From positions 27,121,700 to 27,185,699 of the forward strand of contig JAHRHZ010000065.1 of NCBI GenBank assembly GCA_024137785.1: a DNA stretch of 64,000 nucleotides, written 5' to 3'. The position numbers and the translations under genes are program-made. The notes below the pieces were generated by a model. That model saw only the letters and a list, made by a program, of their open reading frames with translations. It did no database searches and had not been told where the DNA came from. This document shows, in pieces, positions 40,911 to 56,242 of the stretch; the stretch's first letter is position 1; every line of letters starts with the position of its first letter. Origin of the DNA: Ginglymostoma cirratum. Lineage: Eukaryota.

Positions 40911-43289
40911 ATCATTTGTTGAGTGTTATTTTTGAGACAAGTGCTTACTTTATTTCTTGAGATTTAGTGCTTATATATAAGTATATTACTCAATTTCAAT
41001 ACAGCATATTCATATGATATAAATGCATATTCTCTTGTGAATTGGCAAAGAAATGGATGCCACCACCCAAGGGTAGCTAGAGCCTCTCACTATACAGAGC
41101 ATGAAGTATTGTGTGAATTATTTATCTACAGTATTTCTGAAGCACTTGGAAAGAAAATGGCTGCAGTAACTTTTTATGTATTTGTATCCTCATTACTGTA
41201 ATGAATGAACTGAGGGTTACCAAGCTTCAGACGCAGATACATGATTGTCAGAAAAATATGTACATTTATTTTATCTATCACGACCTCAGGACGACTCCAA
41301 TTGCTCTACTGCGATTACGAAGTAACTCATGAGTGTAGTCACTGCTGAGAAGGACCCACAAAGAAATTCGCCAGGCGTGTCCCAAAGCGCAATCATTGCA
41401 GTAATTGCTAATAGGGTTTTATCCACCAAATCTGCTTTCTCAACCTGCAGATAGAGGACAAAACCTTGCAATGCGTCAACAGTTCATGAAAATATTGAAT
41501 GTACTTACATTTGAAGTTTGACGACTCCCATTTCCACCAGAATACCTCCCAATTTAAATACGGGTAGAGGCCTGTTTTACTTTGAGGGTAAAATAATCTT
41601 TCTGGGAAATAACTCGAGCTACGTAACTCAAGAGAACGAAACCCCTACTGATCATCAATTTACATGGATCAAGTTGATTTATTTCCCAGAGAACCTTTTC
41701 TTGTCTAGTTGTCTGGATTTTGACCTGCAAACTCAGCAGTGCAAGGAACTTGTAGACTGTCAGTAAATACATGATACAATTCATCATCATTACATGAAAA
41801 TGCTTGCAAAGTCTTGCCATTTATGGACTGGACAATATCCTTCCATTAAATAGGAACATTTGAATAATTATATCCAGTAATGCAATTCTCCGGGTGAAAG
41901 ATTGCCTTTGATTTGAAGGCATATATCTATTTGGAAGACAAAAGCCCCGCTTTTGGCAATGAATTAGTATTTTTAAATCTACAGACCCACCATCTGAACA
42001 GATGCAAGACAAGTCGCTGAAATATTTTAAAATTGCTTGCACAATTTCCCAAACGAGAACGCACTGATCAATAATGAGTGGAGAAATAACAGAACCAGAT
42101 GTTCACTGTCAGAAAAAAACACGAATTATTTGCTTGCAGAGAAAGCGTTTCTCGTGGCGAATTTACGTTTGTAATGAGGTCTTTCCTGGTCCATTGTCAA
42201 GCATGACAGGTTTTCTGACTGCGTGCGCTTGTTACACGCCGGGAATGTTCGATAAACATAACAAGTTTGTCAAAAACTAAGGATTGTTTCATCAACGTCA
42301 TTCGGCAATTCGATACCAAAGAACGTGAGAGATGCTGGTGTTTTTATTTGGAGAATACTAGAATTATGGTGGTTGGAAAATGAAATATTCGATTTAAAGA
42401 GAGATTAACAGTGTGAAATGGCTAAGTGTACCGCTGCACTTCGCAAAGAGGACGCTGGGCATTGAAATCTCCACAAATTCATGAATTGCAAACTGATTTT
42501 ACAATATCTGCTTTATAAATCGACGTTGATGGATATTTCTAGACCGGATACAAGTACCTTCTTCCAAAATGTAGCAGATGAAATTGCTGAGAGTTGTAAC
42601 AGCTTAAAAGAGCAAAGACCCAACTCAGTCGGGCCGATACCTTAGCGGGCTTTGCTTTCCATCGGGCTACCTGAGGTGAAATTCCAGTAAGACAAATAAG
42701 GGAAATAGATGGACTGATGGCTGCGAATCCACACTCCTGTACCCGGGACGCCGCTCTATTTTGAAGCATCAGAATATAAAGGTGGTCTTTAATAGCGTAA
42801 TCCTTCATTCGGTTAATGTCTCCCTATCTCCAAATCAGTGAAAGGGAAACAGCTTTCAAGTACAACGACAAACGCGTCCCGTTTATTCCTCAAAACTGAG
42901 CGAGGGTGTTAAGAATAAATCAAGATAGCATCTCAGAAGTCTGCCAGAACAGGTGCTGGGCACCTCTAAAACCGACAGAAATCGTCACCCCCTCCCTCCC
43001 ACCGACGTTCAAATTAACTTACTGAGGGATGACCCGTGTGACCACCCAGTCCTCCAAATAACGGCATTTCCCACCTACAGGAGACGGGATTTATTTTCCT
43101 CTGAATCTTGAATGTTAAACTATTTAACAGGAGATGCGAACTAAAAGAAAATCCATTAATAAGCGTGTATGAGTGAATTGGATGGCATGGATTAACCCTA
43201 GGAAACAATTACGAACAATACTGAGTTAATGAAAGCTTTATCTGAAACAAACATAAGTTACTATATGGGAATAGACAAACAATAACACA

Positions 43290-45092
43290 TTTCGAACTAT
43301 CGCAGTTTTATTTCCAACATTGAAAATAACTCTCCTCATAAATAGCCATTAAACATTAAGGGGTGGCATAACGATTAAGGTTACTCAATGAACTCTGATC
43401 AAAAACGGTTCCATAGTCAGACCACCAAAAGCATACAACATAATACACTAGATTAAAGTTATCCACGGTTAAATTAATTGCAATGACATTTTTTTACTGG
43501 CCTGGGTTACATCTATTTTTGCAACATTGTACCGTTATAATTAAAAAAAATCCACCTTGAAATGTACAGCACTTAAGAGATGTTCAATGCATCGCTATAA
43601 TGACACGCTGCCAGAAACTGGAGTTGGTGCAGTACCACAGAGACAAATATTGCCCTAACGAAATAGTCATCAAGTGGAGTTACCATATTTCCCACGTATG
43701 CAAGTTCTACTCTAACCCGACACGAGAAAAAAAAATCTCCTGCTTCTTGGGAACGAACGCAACACAAACTATAAACCAATTCAACCCCACCCCGCAAAGA
43801 ACCCTACCGTTTTAGTACATGGGAATGGTGCGGTGCACAAGTGCTGTTTGTAACAGTTTTACAACTTAGGTCAGTGCAACATTCCAGGGAACTGAACCAC
43901 CCCCCTAGCCCCAAACAATTCGGGGTTTGGAGGAAGACACACATCCTACAAACATTAGCAATGTCCACTTTGCGCGACATTCCACGGATTTACAAAGGAA
44001 AACCAATTGGACATGTTAGATGAATACAATTGCAGCAAATCCGTTAAAATGCAGATTTAGACAAATCTAATCTAGATATAACTGTAAATAAATACAATTT
44101 AAATCGCTGATTGTAGACGTATATACAAAGTTGGAATATTAGACACCAATAAACCTTAGTTTGCCCGTAATATATAGTTTACCATACCAGCAAGTCCTCC
44201 CATTTTCGACCTGCAGTTATATATTTATTATCTTGGAAACTAAAATATTGCAATGGAAGATGTTCTCTAATGTCCATCTGTGCTAAAACTCTCCCAGTCT
44301 GAGCATTCAGTGTGGACTTAACTGGTTTAAATACACAGAAACCAGACTGCCACCACAGCGAATATTTTCCGCAAAATAAATACATGGCAAGCCAGGACTT
44401 AATGCTTTTAAATATTAGAAAGCGACACAGGAACCCAGGAAACTTCTGTCAAGTTTACATCTCGGGGCAGCCAATGGATGATCGTCAGCAACGTTGGCTT
44501 TTTAGTGAATTTTCTGAAATGCAAAAATAGATTGACATATTTATATTCGAAATTTGTTCCCTTCTAGGTTGGGGGGGGGGGGAAGAGTGCAGCCCCTCTC
44601 TTTAAAGAGCAAGTGTGTTCAGGGCGTTCACATTGCTTCCGTGCTCAGATCTCAGGGATTTATCTCCCAAATAGTCAACACCAATCATTCCCACTGGACC
44701 AATCTGCACTTGGAGAGAATTCAAGGCGGGGCGCTGATGAGTGCACGTTGAGATAAAAGCCCTGTTTCTAGGTTTGTTTCTGACCACGTTCAGTGATGAT
44801 CAGAGTCTTTAGATGTTCGACAAATGAGCAGACCCGTCTCCCATTGCTTTCTCCTTCCATGTTAGTCAGTGTTTGGCGCTAAATGCATTTAAATGGGTCT
44901 TCTTTAAAGCTTAAAGTTCACGTAGTTTTGCAGTTGGCTTTTGGTTTGATCATTTTGCTTTTCATTAGCTGAAATATTAAGAGGCAGTCCGCGCGTTGCA
45001 GCCCAATTCCTAGGAGGGTCGAATTTCTCAAGGTCTCTCTTTCTCTCTGTAGCTACAGGGTTTTTTGTTGTTTAGAGGGGGAGGGGTATTGG
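43290..45092 (-). other. wnt5a: Probable wnt5a 3' UTR
   Basis: Stretch without recognisable repeats after the stop codon, ending near a minus-strand AATAAA; contains AU-rich and Pumilio-type motifs. The 3' end is inferred. Confidence 0.6.
43307..43312 (-). terminator. Candidate polyadenylation signal AATAAA
   Basis: Plus-strand tttatt at 43307-43312; the minus strand continues into GU/U-rich sequence (tgtgttattgtttgtct) about 20-35 nt downstream. Confidence 0.55.
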
Positions 45093-45578
<486 letters not shown>

Positions 45579-46057
45579 TCAAAGAAAGAACAGGGTTCCG
45601 GTAACAGTTCGCTTCCATGGCTTCATTACCCCCAATCTCCCCCCACCCCACCGACCGCTAAACACCGCCCCACCCACCAGACTGAAACACCTCCAATCTA
45701 CATCCCCCAGACTCTCACCTCCCACCTGCCCACCCCACTCAAGGGTACCCAACTGTATCAGCACCACATGCTCAGCAGTTCAATTCATGCTGAATTTTGT
45801 TGGGGGATGGTAGGGGGGACATCCTGCTTGACCACCGTCCGACGCAGGAAAAAAGTGACATGCCAGTTGACCCCAATCAAACAAGATCACAGATTTCCCA
45901 CAGCAATTCCAAATTGTAGGTGTTATAAGCAGAAAGTGGGACTTCTGCCCCTCCGTGGGAGGAAACGATATCTCCAGGAGCCACTAGCACAACCGCCTGG
46001 CCTGCAGCCATCACAGTCCCAGAAGCTCCAAACCTGCTCCCCCTCCCCCCCACAAAA

Positions 46058-46081
46058 CACACATACACACACACACACACA
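46058..46081. repeat. (CA)n microsatellite, imperfect
   Basis: cacacatacacacacacacacaca. Confidence 0.8.
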
Positions 46082-48581
46082 AAGCCCAGAACTCTGACTG
46101 AAGGCAGCTGTAGCACCATGATCCAATTAAGTCATGGGTTTTGTGTGGGGCAACATCAGTGATCCTTGGAGAGAAGGGGGTAGAGGAGGCAGGTTTTGGT
46201 GATAGAGGTGGATGAGTACCCTGAGGTGGTGCACAGGGCAGCCCTTGAAGCACAACGTTCTTTTCCACTTTTTAAAGCAATCTGGTTGAAAAGGCATACC
46301 CACTCCAGCTGGCCTGCCCATGCCCAAAGATGGTTTGATTAAGAATATAAACATAATATGTGGATCAATTTGCTTGTTAACAAACCCAAACAGCATTAGT
46401 TACTTTTTTTCAAGAATGATGTCTGTCAACTGTTTTGTGGGCAATGGGTCAGGGTGAGCTGGAAAGCAGTGGACTAACCGTCTATCATATTTTACGTACT
46501 GCACTTCCACCCCCTGGCCAAAAACAGACCGGGCAGAGGACTGTAAAATTCAGCCCCTGAGAAACATACTCCCAACCTAAAATTCCTACTTAGTCTCTGT
46601 CACCTTGGGCCGACTGACTCTCAGACAGACCCAGTTCTGCAGGTGATAGGTATTTAAAATTCCCAGAATCCTCTGAAAACTGAATTCAAATTCTGCAATT
46701 CTGACTGACACATACTGTCATAGGTTTTATCTATGGCCCAGTATTTGGCACCCTCTAGATGTCCAATATCTCATTCAGTATTCACAGAGCAAAAAGTTAT
46801 GGAAATTTCTTTATTGCAGTAACACTGATAGTGTTTTTTTAAAAATGCTTTGATTAGTATTCCAGATAGTTGACTAAACCTATTAACTAATTTGTCACAA
46901 TTGCTGCCATGGATGTAAATAATTTCTTCTAGAAAATACTGCATGAACTTTAAATCTGAAGGGAAGAAATCTATTAATACTAGCTCTTCAAATCAGAATC
47001 TCCAACATGTTTTGATACTTAAACAGAATCTATATTGGCTGTGTTGATTATTTCTGTACATAGCCATCAACTCAAGATTTAAACACGTCCAAATACACAA
47101 TTACCTAAAGGCACTGCAGTGAAAAGCATTTGGAAATATAGGTCCAAAAGTTTGAAATATGGATAGGAACCTACATTTTCACAAGTCTTGCAATCTGTTT
47201 TAAAATTGTACATCAGTTTTAGGTTAATAGCTGTACATCAGTTTAGGTCATTTAAACAGACAAGGTGCTCCATGCATGCACACACACAAATCGTGTTGAA
47301 TTACATTAGAAAGTAAGTGCACAGTTGCATTGAACTGGTGCTGTGTTAATCACATGGTTAACTTCCATCACTAATTTATTTCCTTGAAATTCATGTTCAA
47401 CAGGCTTAAGGAGAGCAGTGCCAAAACATGAAGACATATATATCTCAGAGGGAGCAATGAAGAGTGATGCCATTAATGTTTTTTTTAAATCAGAGGTCTG
47501 ACCAATTGACCAGTCGGTGATGAATTCCTAGGGGAACCACAATAGCACTTTTAGTTTGACAACAACATGGATTTAAAAGTGCAAAAACTGCTGTATGGAA
47601 AAGTGACTGGAAAAGAAACAGTTACCAAGAGCTGAATGACAAAAACACTACTGCTTGCATCTATATATTAGGTGAATCAGCTTTGGTTTTACTGACATAA
47701 ATGGCAATTTCTCAGTTTTTCCAATCCAACAGGAAAAGTATTTACAATAGAAGTGATGCTGTTGTTCAAGGAACAACTTTAAAACAGTTGTGTATACATA
47801 ATTATGTACATTTATTACAAATATAACCCACAATGCAAATAACTATTGTGTAAATTGATTATAGAAATTAAGCTCCTGTAGAAATATTTAGAAAGCAGAA
47901 AATTCTGGTGGTCTTCTGGTTAACATACCTCCCACAAACAATGACATCAAAAGACAAATTCTTTTATTTGCTGTTTATGAGATCTGGCTATCTGTGAGAT
48001 GGCTGTCATGTTTACTAGGACTAGACATCAAAAGTAATTTATTTGTTGTGAAATGCTTTGCGGCATCCTGAGGGAAACGTTAAGATGGTCTATAAATACT
48101 GGTTTTCAACAGCAATGGGAATAATAGTCTGCACTGGAGATCCATTTCAGCAAACTGCTCTAGAAAAGAAATGGGCCTCAAATTACCAGATTAAAACATG
48201 TCATAAAAATATTAGCTGTATCTTGATAATACATTTCCTCTATCTTTTGATAAAAAAGGTTTGATTAGTGCTCCTGCTGTAACTTTCTTGAGTGGAAATT
48301 GAATCACAATTAATATAAACAATGATTCACAGTGTGATCCTATCGAGCCAAATCAGCTGCTGCAGGACTTGGTTATAACCTTATGACTAATCTTTTTCAA
48401 ATTAAGGGGATAGTTATACTTTGCTCTCATACATTCTGTATTTCTTACATGTTTTGCATAGCTGTATTCCTAAACTTAGGAAGACCCTAGAAAGCCCAGT
48501 GAAAAAGAGTGCAAATTTACCTTGAATATTATGTACCCAGGATATAGTTTCTGTGGGGAAACAGTAAGACAATGGAAAGTG

Positions 48582-48742
48582 TTTCGGAGTTCGTAGGAAC
48601 TGCAGATGCGGGAGAATCTGAGATAACGAGGTGTAGAGCTGGATGAACAAGAAGACGGGTCTAGGCCCAAAACGTCAGCTTTCCTGCTGCTCTGATGCTG
48701 CTTGGCCTGCTGTGTTCATCCAGCTCTACACCTTGTTATCTC
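48582..48742. mobile_element. Penelope-like inverted pLTR pair without spacer, 15-bp TSD (wnt5a intron 4)
   Basis: agacaatggaaagtg at 48567-48581 and 48743-48757. The left arm (reverse, with the extension) abuts the right arm; the ribozyme core is damaged (cccaaaacgtc). Confidence 0.85.
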
Positions 48743-51700
48743 AGACAATGGAAAGTGCTCTTAATCATGATTAAAATAAAAGTAAAAAGTTCGGTATTTA
48801 TAGTCATAGTGCACAGGAAAATACAATATTAAGATGCTTAGTGAATACATCAAACACTGTTTTTCAGTCAAATGATACCCAGACTACGATGATATTTAAA
48901 ACATTTGAAAACTGAATTAACTTTGAGATAGTAAGAACTGGTGATGAGGTTGCCTCACTTCTCTACGGTGTCTTTGTTGGAGAGACTGTGGAAAGACTAG
49001 ACTTCTACAATTCATTGCTCAAACTAAGGTGGACAACGAGGAAAACATTTCATGCCCAATTGTTTTATATGCTATTTACTTTAGACTTGTGCAATTCTTT
49101 TTTTGCCATAGCATGGGCCTACCTAAGTTTCAATTGCTCCAAGTCACAGTGGAAAGAACAAACGTGGTTTACTTCAAAAGTATATATTATTCTTGAAGTA
49201 AGAAGAGAAATTACAAAGGATCAAAAAACTAAGTGAGTGGCAGATTGAGTTAAACATGCGAAAGCATGAGGTTATCCACTTCAGATCGCAAAAGACAAAC
49301 TGTAATAATTTCTTAAGGATCAGAAAATAGGATTTGTGAAGGAGAAAAGGGAGCACAGCATTCATATATACAAATCATGAAAGTTAGTGCACAGGTACAA
49401 AAAGACAAATTAAACACTGGCCTTTATTTCAAGTGGATTGGAAGACAAAAGTAACGAAGCAATGCTTCAGTTTTACAGAACTTTAGTCAAACCCCACCTT
49501 GACCACTGATTTTAGTTTTCATCATCTATATTAGGCTAGGCTTTGCTGGAGTGATGCATCCCACAGACTTGTTGGTTAGACCTATTCATGCCTGCTTTTT
49601 CTCCTTTTTTTTTGTCTGCAGACTTCTGGAAAGGACCAGCTGATAATAGTGGAACAAAAGAAACCAAGTATCTTAATGAATAATGGGATGATTGTTGAAC
49701 CTCTTTAGCCAATGAGATTTAAAGACTGATGGAAAAACAAAGGAAGGGACTGAGAAAGAGGGTAAATTAAATTGGGAGAATTCATTGTCATACATTCAAA
49801 GAAATACAATGAAAAATCGCATTGAAAGAGAAGAAAAAGAGACAAAAAGGAAAAAAAAACCTTAAAATTTAAAACAAATTGTAGCTTCAATAAATGAGAC
49901 TCCTTGCTTATAATTGTTTACTTCCTCGATAACAGGTTGACTTGGCAATCATTAACAATTATGACAACTTATAAGGCTGCTTTGCTCCTAATAATTAGAT
50001 TTAAATTTTTCCGATGAGTTAATAAGCAAGTAATGGAGAGATGCAGAAAATTCATCAAAAGCATCATCTGATATATGCTATTTTGGAAAGCTTACTGTGG
50101 TGCAGTGCAGATCATGCAACAAATAGTTCTCCAGGAATCACTAGTTCAGCCGCCATTATAGCAAAACCTGACCCATTGATTTTGGAGGTCAGCGGCATAA
50201 AGTCACTGAAATGAAATTCAGGCTTAAAGGATTAAATTATAAGAAAACTTGCTTGCATGTTCTTGAGTTTTGATGATTGAATTACAGCCTAAGAAAAGTT
50301 AATCAATTATAAGCAAGTTCAATAAGTTTATATGTTGGATAGTAAATTGGCACCATATCCATTCCTCACCCAACATATAAAATTGAATAATTAACAGCTA
50401 AAGTCTTTAATTATTACCTATTTTAACATTATAATGAAAAACTGAAGAGCAAAATCTAAATAAATTGTTCCTGAACTTCAAACAGGTTGTAATCAATACA
50501 GGACAAACCCATGTATATTGCAAGCAGATCACATCTTGCCCCAGTATAAAAATGCTAAGATTGATCTGGCTGTCTTTGTGATGTAAATTTATCAGTCTTA
50601 AGCTATGCTATTCATTAGGCTTCAGACATTTTGTTTGTACAGAGCAATATTTCCAAATATAGACAGGTGTTATCAAAATATTTAAATATTTATTTCATTT
50701 GTCTAAAGTCTAAATTTCAACAAAACTACACTTTGGATTCAAGTATTCAAGAATCAGTGGGTGAATTGATTTTTTTTTATAAGTGGTTGGTCTCTGTAGA
50801 CTGGAACATCTTCAGATCTACTGACAGTTTAAAGCCCAACATTTTAAAAATAACATCTTGGCTAGTTTCTATACTGAACACGGAATAATTATTAGCAGTA
50901 CAGTTGTGAGTCAAACATCTAATGAAGCTTCTTTTTTTCACTTTTTTGAGAATTCTAAATATCCAAGTTGCCTTCTGCACCTTTCAAAATGTCTGTAGAA
51001 ATCTGTGGGGGCATAATTAATGCTGCTTTACAATCCATCATGAGAAGCTGTGCTTCCGAAAAGATGTGACAGAACGTAATCATTTTTTTCAATTCTAAAA
51101 CACCAGATATAAATTGCAGTCTGTTTGCCAACTGGGGCTAGATGCCTGCACATGGTGATTTCAGCTAATGTATAAACTTAGTACCTTTCCTTCGCTAGGC
51201 CAACACAACTGTTGTGACTACTAAGTTTGCAAGTTTAATCATTTCCAATAGGTACAAATTATTACATTTCATGAAAAAAAATCTGCATATAGAGCATTTA
51301 TGTCCTTGTGCTTGGATAGTTGATGAGAATGGACTCCAAATGCTTGATTTATGAACACTGCATTACAACCCTGAGAACACTACAGGGAATTAAAAAGAAG
51401 CAGATTGTTTCCATTGCTCCTAGAGTTCATATTTACTGTGCAACTATAGCTCCCATTTGTCATTTAAAAGTTCCATTAAAATGAGTTTTGTACCCAGATA
51501 AAGCACATTATTCTGATCAATTTGCAGCGTCCAACAATTAATATGTAAAAATTCAACATCCATCATGTGTGTCAATCATTAGAATTTTGGCTGTGCAAAA
51601 TATCCACATTAATGGAGAACAGATTTGTGCTCTCTTTGCATGTAGCAGACTTGAATTAATATTGTAACTTTATATTTACAGCATTTATACTGAAAGGGTC

Positions 51701-51909
51701 TCATCATACTGGATGGAGGAGGTAGTTATAATAGCTTTCATATAACACATGTGAATCAAACATTGTCTTCTGCAGCTTATCACATTTATAAATATTTAGC
51801 CTTACTTGTGTCAGAGAAGGCAGGAGTTTGGCATTAATGCAAGTACTCACTCCTACTTGCAAGTGCAATAAAGGGTCTACCTGTGTGATATCATACCAAA
51901 TTACAATGG

Positions 51910-52185
51910 ATTCATAATCTACTCAGGTTTCTCCAGGTTTTGGTGAGAAGCTGAAGAAAGATAAACACGAGCTTATGTTCCCCATTCTCTACCTCAGATG
52001 GCTGTAGATGCTCAGTCATTGAGTGTATTCAAGAGTGAGATTGAAAGGTTTTTAGATACTAATGACATCATCGGATATGGTTACAGCAGAGGAAAAAGGT
52101 GTTGAGGTAGGTGGTTGGCCATGAACTAGAATGGCAGAACAGGCTTGAAAGCTGAATGGCCTACTCCCACTCCTGTGTTTCTATG
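51910..52185 (+). mobile_element. CR1-type LINE 3' end, decayed
   Basis: ctacctcagatggctgtagatgctcagtcattgagtgtattcaag...gaatggcctactcccactcctgtgtttctatgt, similar to 30360-30570. Confidence 0.65.
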
Positions 52186-53729
52186 TCCATTGGAAGTCAA
52201 TGCCCCCTGATGAAGTGTTTGTCAGGGTGCTGGAAAGTAGAAAACTGAATATAGCTACAATATATCCGCACAGTTAAATCACTCAGTGAGATTTATGGTC
52301 TAACATCATACATTATGAATTATTAAATTGGGTAAAGTATTGGGTGTAGGCCAGAACCCATGGGACTCTAATCAAACATGAATTGTTATCCTCAGGAAAG
52401 GAGAAACTGGAGGTAAATCCAAGACTACTCTATTTGTTCATATTTTAATTTCTTATTTATTTTATACAAAGATCTTAGCTGTCTTTGATTTATGTCTTAA
52501 ACAAAAAAATGCTTCTAAAGCAGCACTCAATATTGCATACATTCTGAATTTTGTAAATTTGAGGATACTGGATTTGAATTTATGGCTTAAGTGATGGATC
52601 ACATGTAAAATAACATTCAGATTTTATTATTCAGGTTTTCATTTCAGATTCTGGTTTTGAAAAACAATTACATTTCTTTTGATGGATTCCATTTTATTTT
52701 CAATAATCAGGGATTTTATTCCCCTTCCGCAAACTCCACCCCCAGACACTTCCGAAAGCTCATAAACTGCAAAGGGAAAGGAATTACAATAGTTACTGTT
52801 GTATATTCATTGTTTGGAACAGCAAGCAAAAAGCTCTTTTGCTATATTCCAAAGCTTCACAGAAAAGTAGCTCAGGGAATTTCATTTACGGGAACATTGA
52901 AATGTTTACATATTTTATATTTATGTTTTATAGATTTAAAGTATATATCACAAAAATTGTATTAAAGTTATTATTATAACTTGCTCCATCAAGCATGGAT
53001 AAGCTCTGTTATGTCCCAGATATAAAGTTACAACAACTTTGCCGTAGTATGTACTGAATAGAAAGTAAATTAAACACAAACAATTTAAGAATATGACCCA
53101 ATTAAAAGGTTCAGCTAAACCATGAAGGCAAAACTCAAACCATCTTAGTCTTTTCAAGAAATCTTAAATTTTAACTCTTGCAACACCTTATTTTTTGCAT
53201 GTTGTCAAATGACTATAACTGCCAACTAGGTTATTGTCAGTAACAGACATCTCCTAGTTTATATGATTTTTTAAATTGTAGTTACGAAGCAACTAAAAAT
53301 CTACACAAGCCATGCTATTCATTGATTGGAAAAGCAATTTTCAATTGGCTTAGTATCTCTATTACATTATTGGATGAAAGGGTTTCACACAAAAATTTAT
53401 GTTATTATACAACTATCCTACAGTACAATTTCACCCCACAAGTCCCAGAAGCAATATCAACTTCAGCAATAATAACCTATTGATTAACTGAATATACTAA
53501 GTTTTGGCTGCTTTGAAAAAAAATACTTACAATGACTTTGTCTGAAGGCTTCAGATAAAGGCATAAGTACCCAAGGTTCTATTACACTCTAGCATCATAT
53601 ATTATTTAATACAGAAGCATTTTGCCGCTTAATGATAGTTTCTGGTATCTACATATCTGGCATATTGGGGTTAATTTTACAAATGTTTACTTCAAGCAGG
53701 AATCATCAACAGCTTCAGGATGAGAGAAT

Positions 53730-54115
53730 CACTGGCACAACATTTATTGTTCCTCCCTACGTAGCTTGATAAAGGTGGTGGATGATGGCTTTCTTGAACC
53801 TCACATCCACGCAGTGAAAATATTTTTTGCAATGATTTGGTATTATTGAGTGACTTGATAGGCAGTTCAAAGGATAAAGTGTCAACTAGGTTGGTATGGG
53901 ACAGAAGTTACAGGCCAAACCATATAAGGATATTGGGGTTTCTTGTCTAAAGGATAATTGTGAATCGCTCTACTAGTTTGTGGGCACCTCAAACTAATTT
54001 TACTGATTTTTTTTATTGCAGATGTTAATAATCCAAATTCTCAAATTCCATGCTGGAATTTGAACTTATGTTCTCTGAATCACTACTCCAAACTCCTGGA
54101 TCACTAGTCTGTAAC
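53730..54115 (-). mobile_element. Decayed tRNA-derived SINE
   Basis: Similar to 21455-21780. Confidence 0.5.
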
Positions 54116-55294
54116 TTTGCAGGGGTACATATTATGCAGGGAGAAAATCTTATGTAGGAAATCTTATATATGTTCTGCATGATTTCCACCTAGAATGATC
54201 ATGAAATAATTAAGCTTGTCATCCATAATATCCTAGTATGCTTTCCTGGTAGTCAAGACTCCCTTTTCATACGCTCAATTTCATAAATTAACAATTTGCA
54301 TATATCTTAATTTTGAAAATAATTTTGTTCAACATTGTATCTTCCAATCTATAAGAAATCGGAGGCCTGGAGAATTTTAATTGTGGTACAGTGATACAAG
54401 TGTACACAGAAATAAGAAGCACTACTCTTTCATCTCTGACAAGTTTCAAATCATTGATCTTACTAATGAAATAAAATGTGGGATAGGTACTAGTATAGGA
54501 AGAAAAGCATGATGTCAATGGATATAATGTTTTCAAAAAAACGACTATTTTGACAACTCACTCAAGTAAGCCTAGAGTTTACTTTATTTGCACTGGACCA
54601 TATCTCACTATCAAAGATTATGCCTGTCATTGTCAGCTTCAGACTCAATTTTTAGACAGCTGGCTATATGCATTAGTGCCCATGGAGACAAACTATAAAC
54701 TATTTGCAATGGATGACAGGGAAACATAAAAACGTTTGTAATGTTCCATATGTTTAAATTTGAGCAAATTCTGTTCCTGCCAAAATCAATTCACGTTTCC
54801 CTACATTTCAGTGCAATTAGAGCAGTTAGCTCAAACCAGTGAAGAAGCTGTTGCATTATAATAGTCTGCAACTCTTTTGCTAATTGGAAATCACCAGCAT
54901 ACAGGGCTTTATTAATTTATATGGCTGGATCTTGGAATGCATAGAACACTGCTGTACCTTTTATGGAATGTGTAGGTTTGTTTTATAATTTGTCCTATTG
55001 AACGTATTTCGCCCACATTCCAACCCTAAGCTGTACATTAACCATTATTGGGAATAGCTATATCAGAATTCTGAGTATAAGAATGTAGATGAAATTATTC
55101 AAGTAATGTCCTTCGTGAAATTATAAAAATCTCTCACTGTCAACAACTCAGGCAGAGAAACTAAAGGTCCGCAACTGAGCACATCTTACACTCAAATGGC
55201 AAATTTATACAATGGCCTGAAGATTAGACTGCTGAAAACCAGAAACGAGATGCAAATTATCTTGCTTCCATAAAAGAACTTGAATCTGGCTGTG

Positions 55295-55600
55295 CTGAGG
55301 TGACCTAACAGGGTACAGTAGCAAAGTTGCAATGTTATTGAACTAGTAATCCAGAGGTCTGAACTAATGATCCAGAGCATGAACTCAGACCCCACATAGC
55401 AGCGGGGGAATTTAATTTCAATTTTAAAAATCCAATCGAAAAAGCTAATCTTAGAAACAGTGACAATTAAACTACCAAATTAGTAAATACCCACCTAATT
55501 CACTAACGTCTCTTAGAGAAGAAAGTCTGCCATCCTCACCTGGATGAACCCATATTTGACTCCAGACCCAAGCAAATTAGTTGTCTTTTTAATTAGTCAT
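55295..55600 (+). mobile_element. Decayed tRNA-derived SINE
   Basis: Reverse-complement similarity to 30900-31150. Confidence 0.5.
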
Positions 55601-56242
55601 ATAAACAACTTCTGCTGCTGCATAAATTAACAGCATAATAGAAGGCCACTTATAAATGTTTATTATGGGCATAATAAAACATTTATGCAAAATCTATTCC
55701 TCAACCTAAAGGCAATATATATTTCCATGTGATGTGCAGTTTGTAACATCAGGGCAACAGTGAAAACAAATTTGCATACAGCAAGATGCAACAAGCTGAC
55801 AGTGAGGTCTGTTTCAGGTAGTGTTATTTCTGGGAGAGTTTTTAGCCAAAGAACTGGGGAAATCCCAATTCTTTAACTAATGCCATTTAATCTCATGCAA
55901 CTACCTTGATCTCTAAGATTGACAAGAAGCCAATGTCTAACATTGCACCTGAAGGACAGAACATCTGACAATGTAGAATTACCTCAATACCTCACTGAAG
56001 TCTCACCCCACAAGTGGAGCATGAAATTTTCAATCTCTTGACTCACAGGCTATACATGGAGTTTAATTGATACTTTGAGGCATTGTAAAATTGGTCACAA
56101 GTAATGGTGATAAAAAAAGTTATTTGCAGATAATTTTAAAAATGAAATAGAAAAGAAAAATTATATTGATATCTCTTCAATCAATTATTGTTAATGTACG
56201 TTAATGTATATAATAAATTCAAAGTAGGGAAAATCAGTTTAC

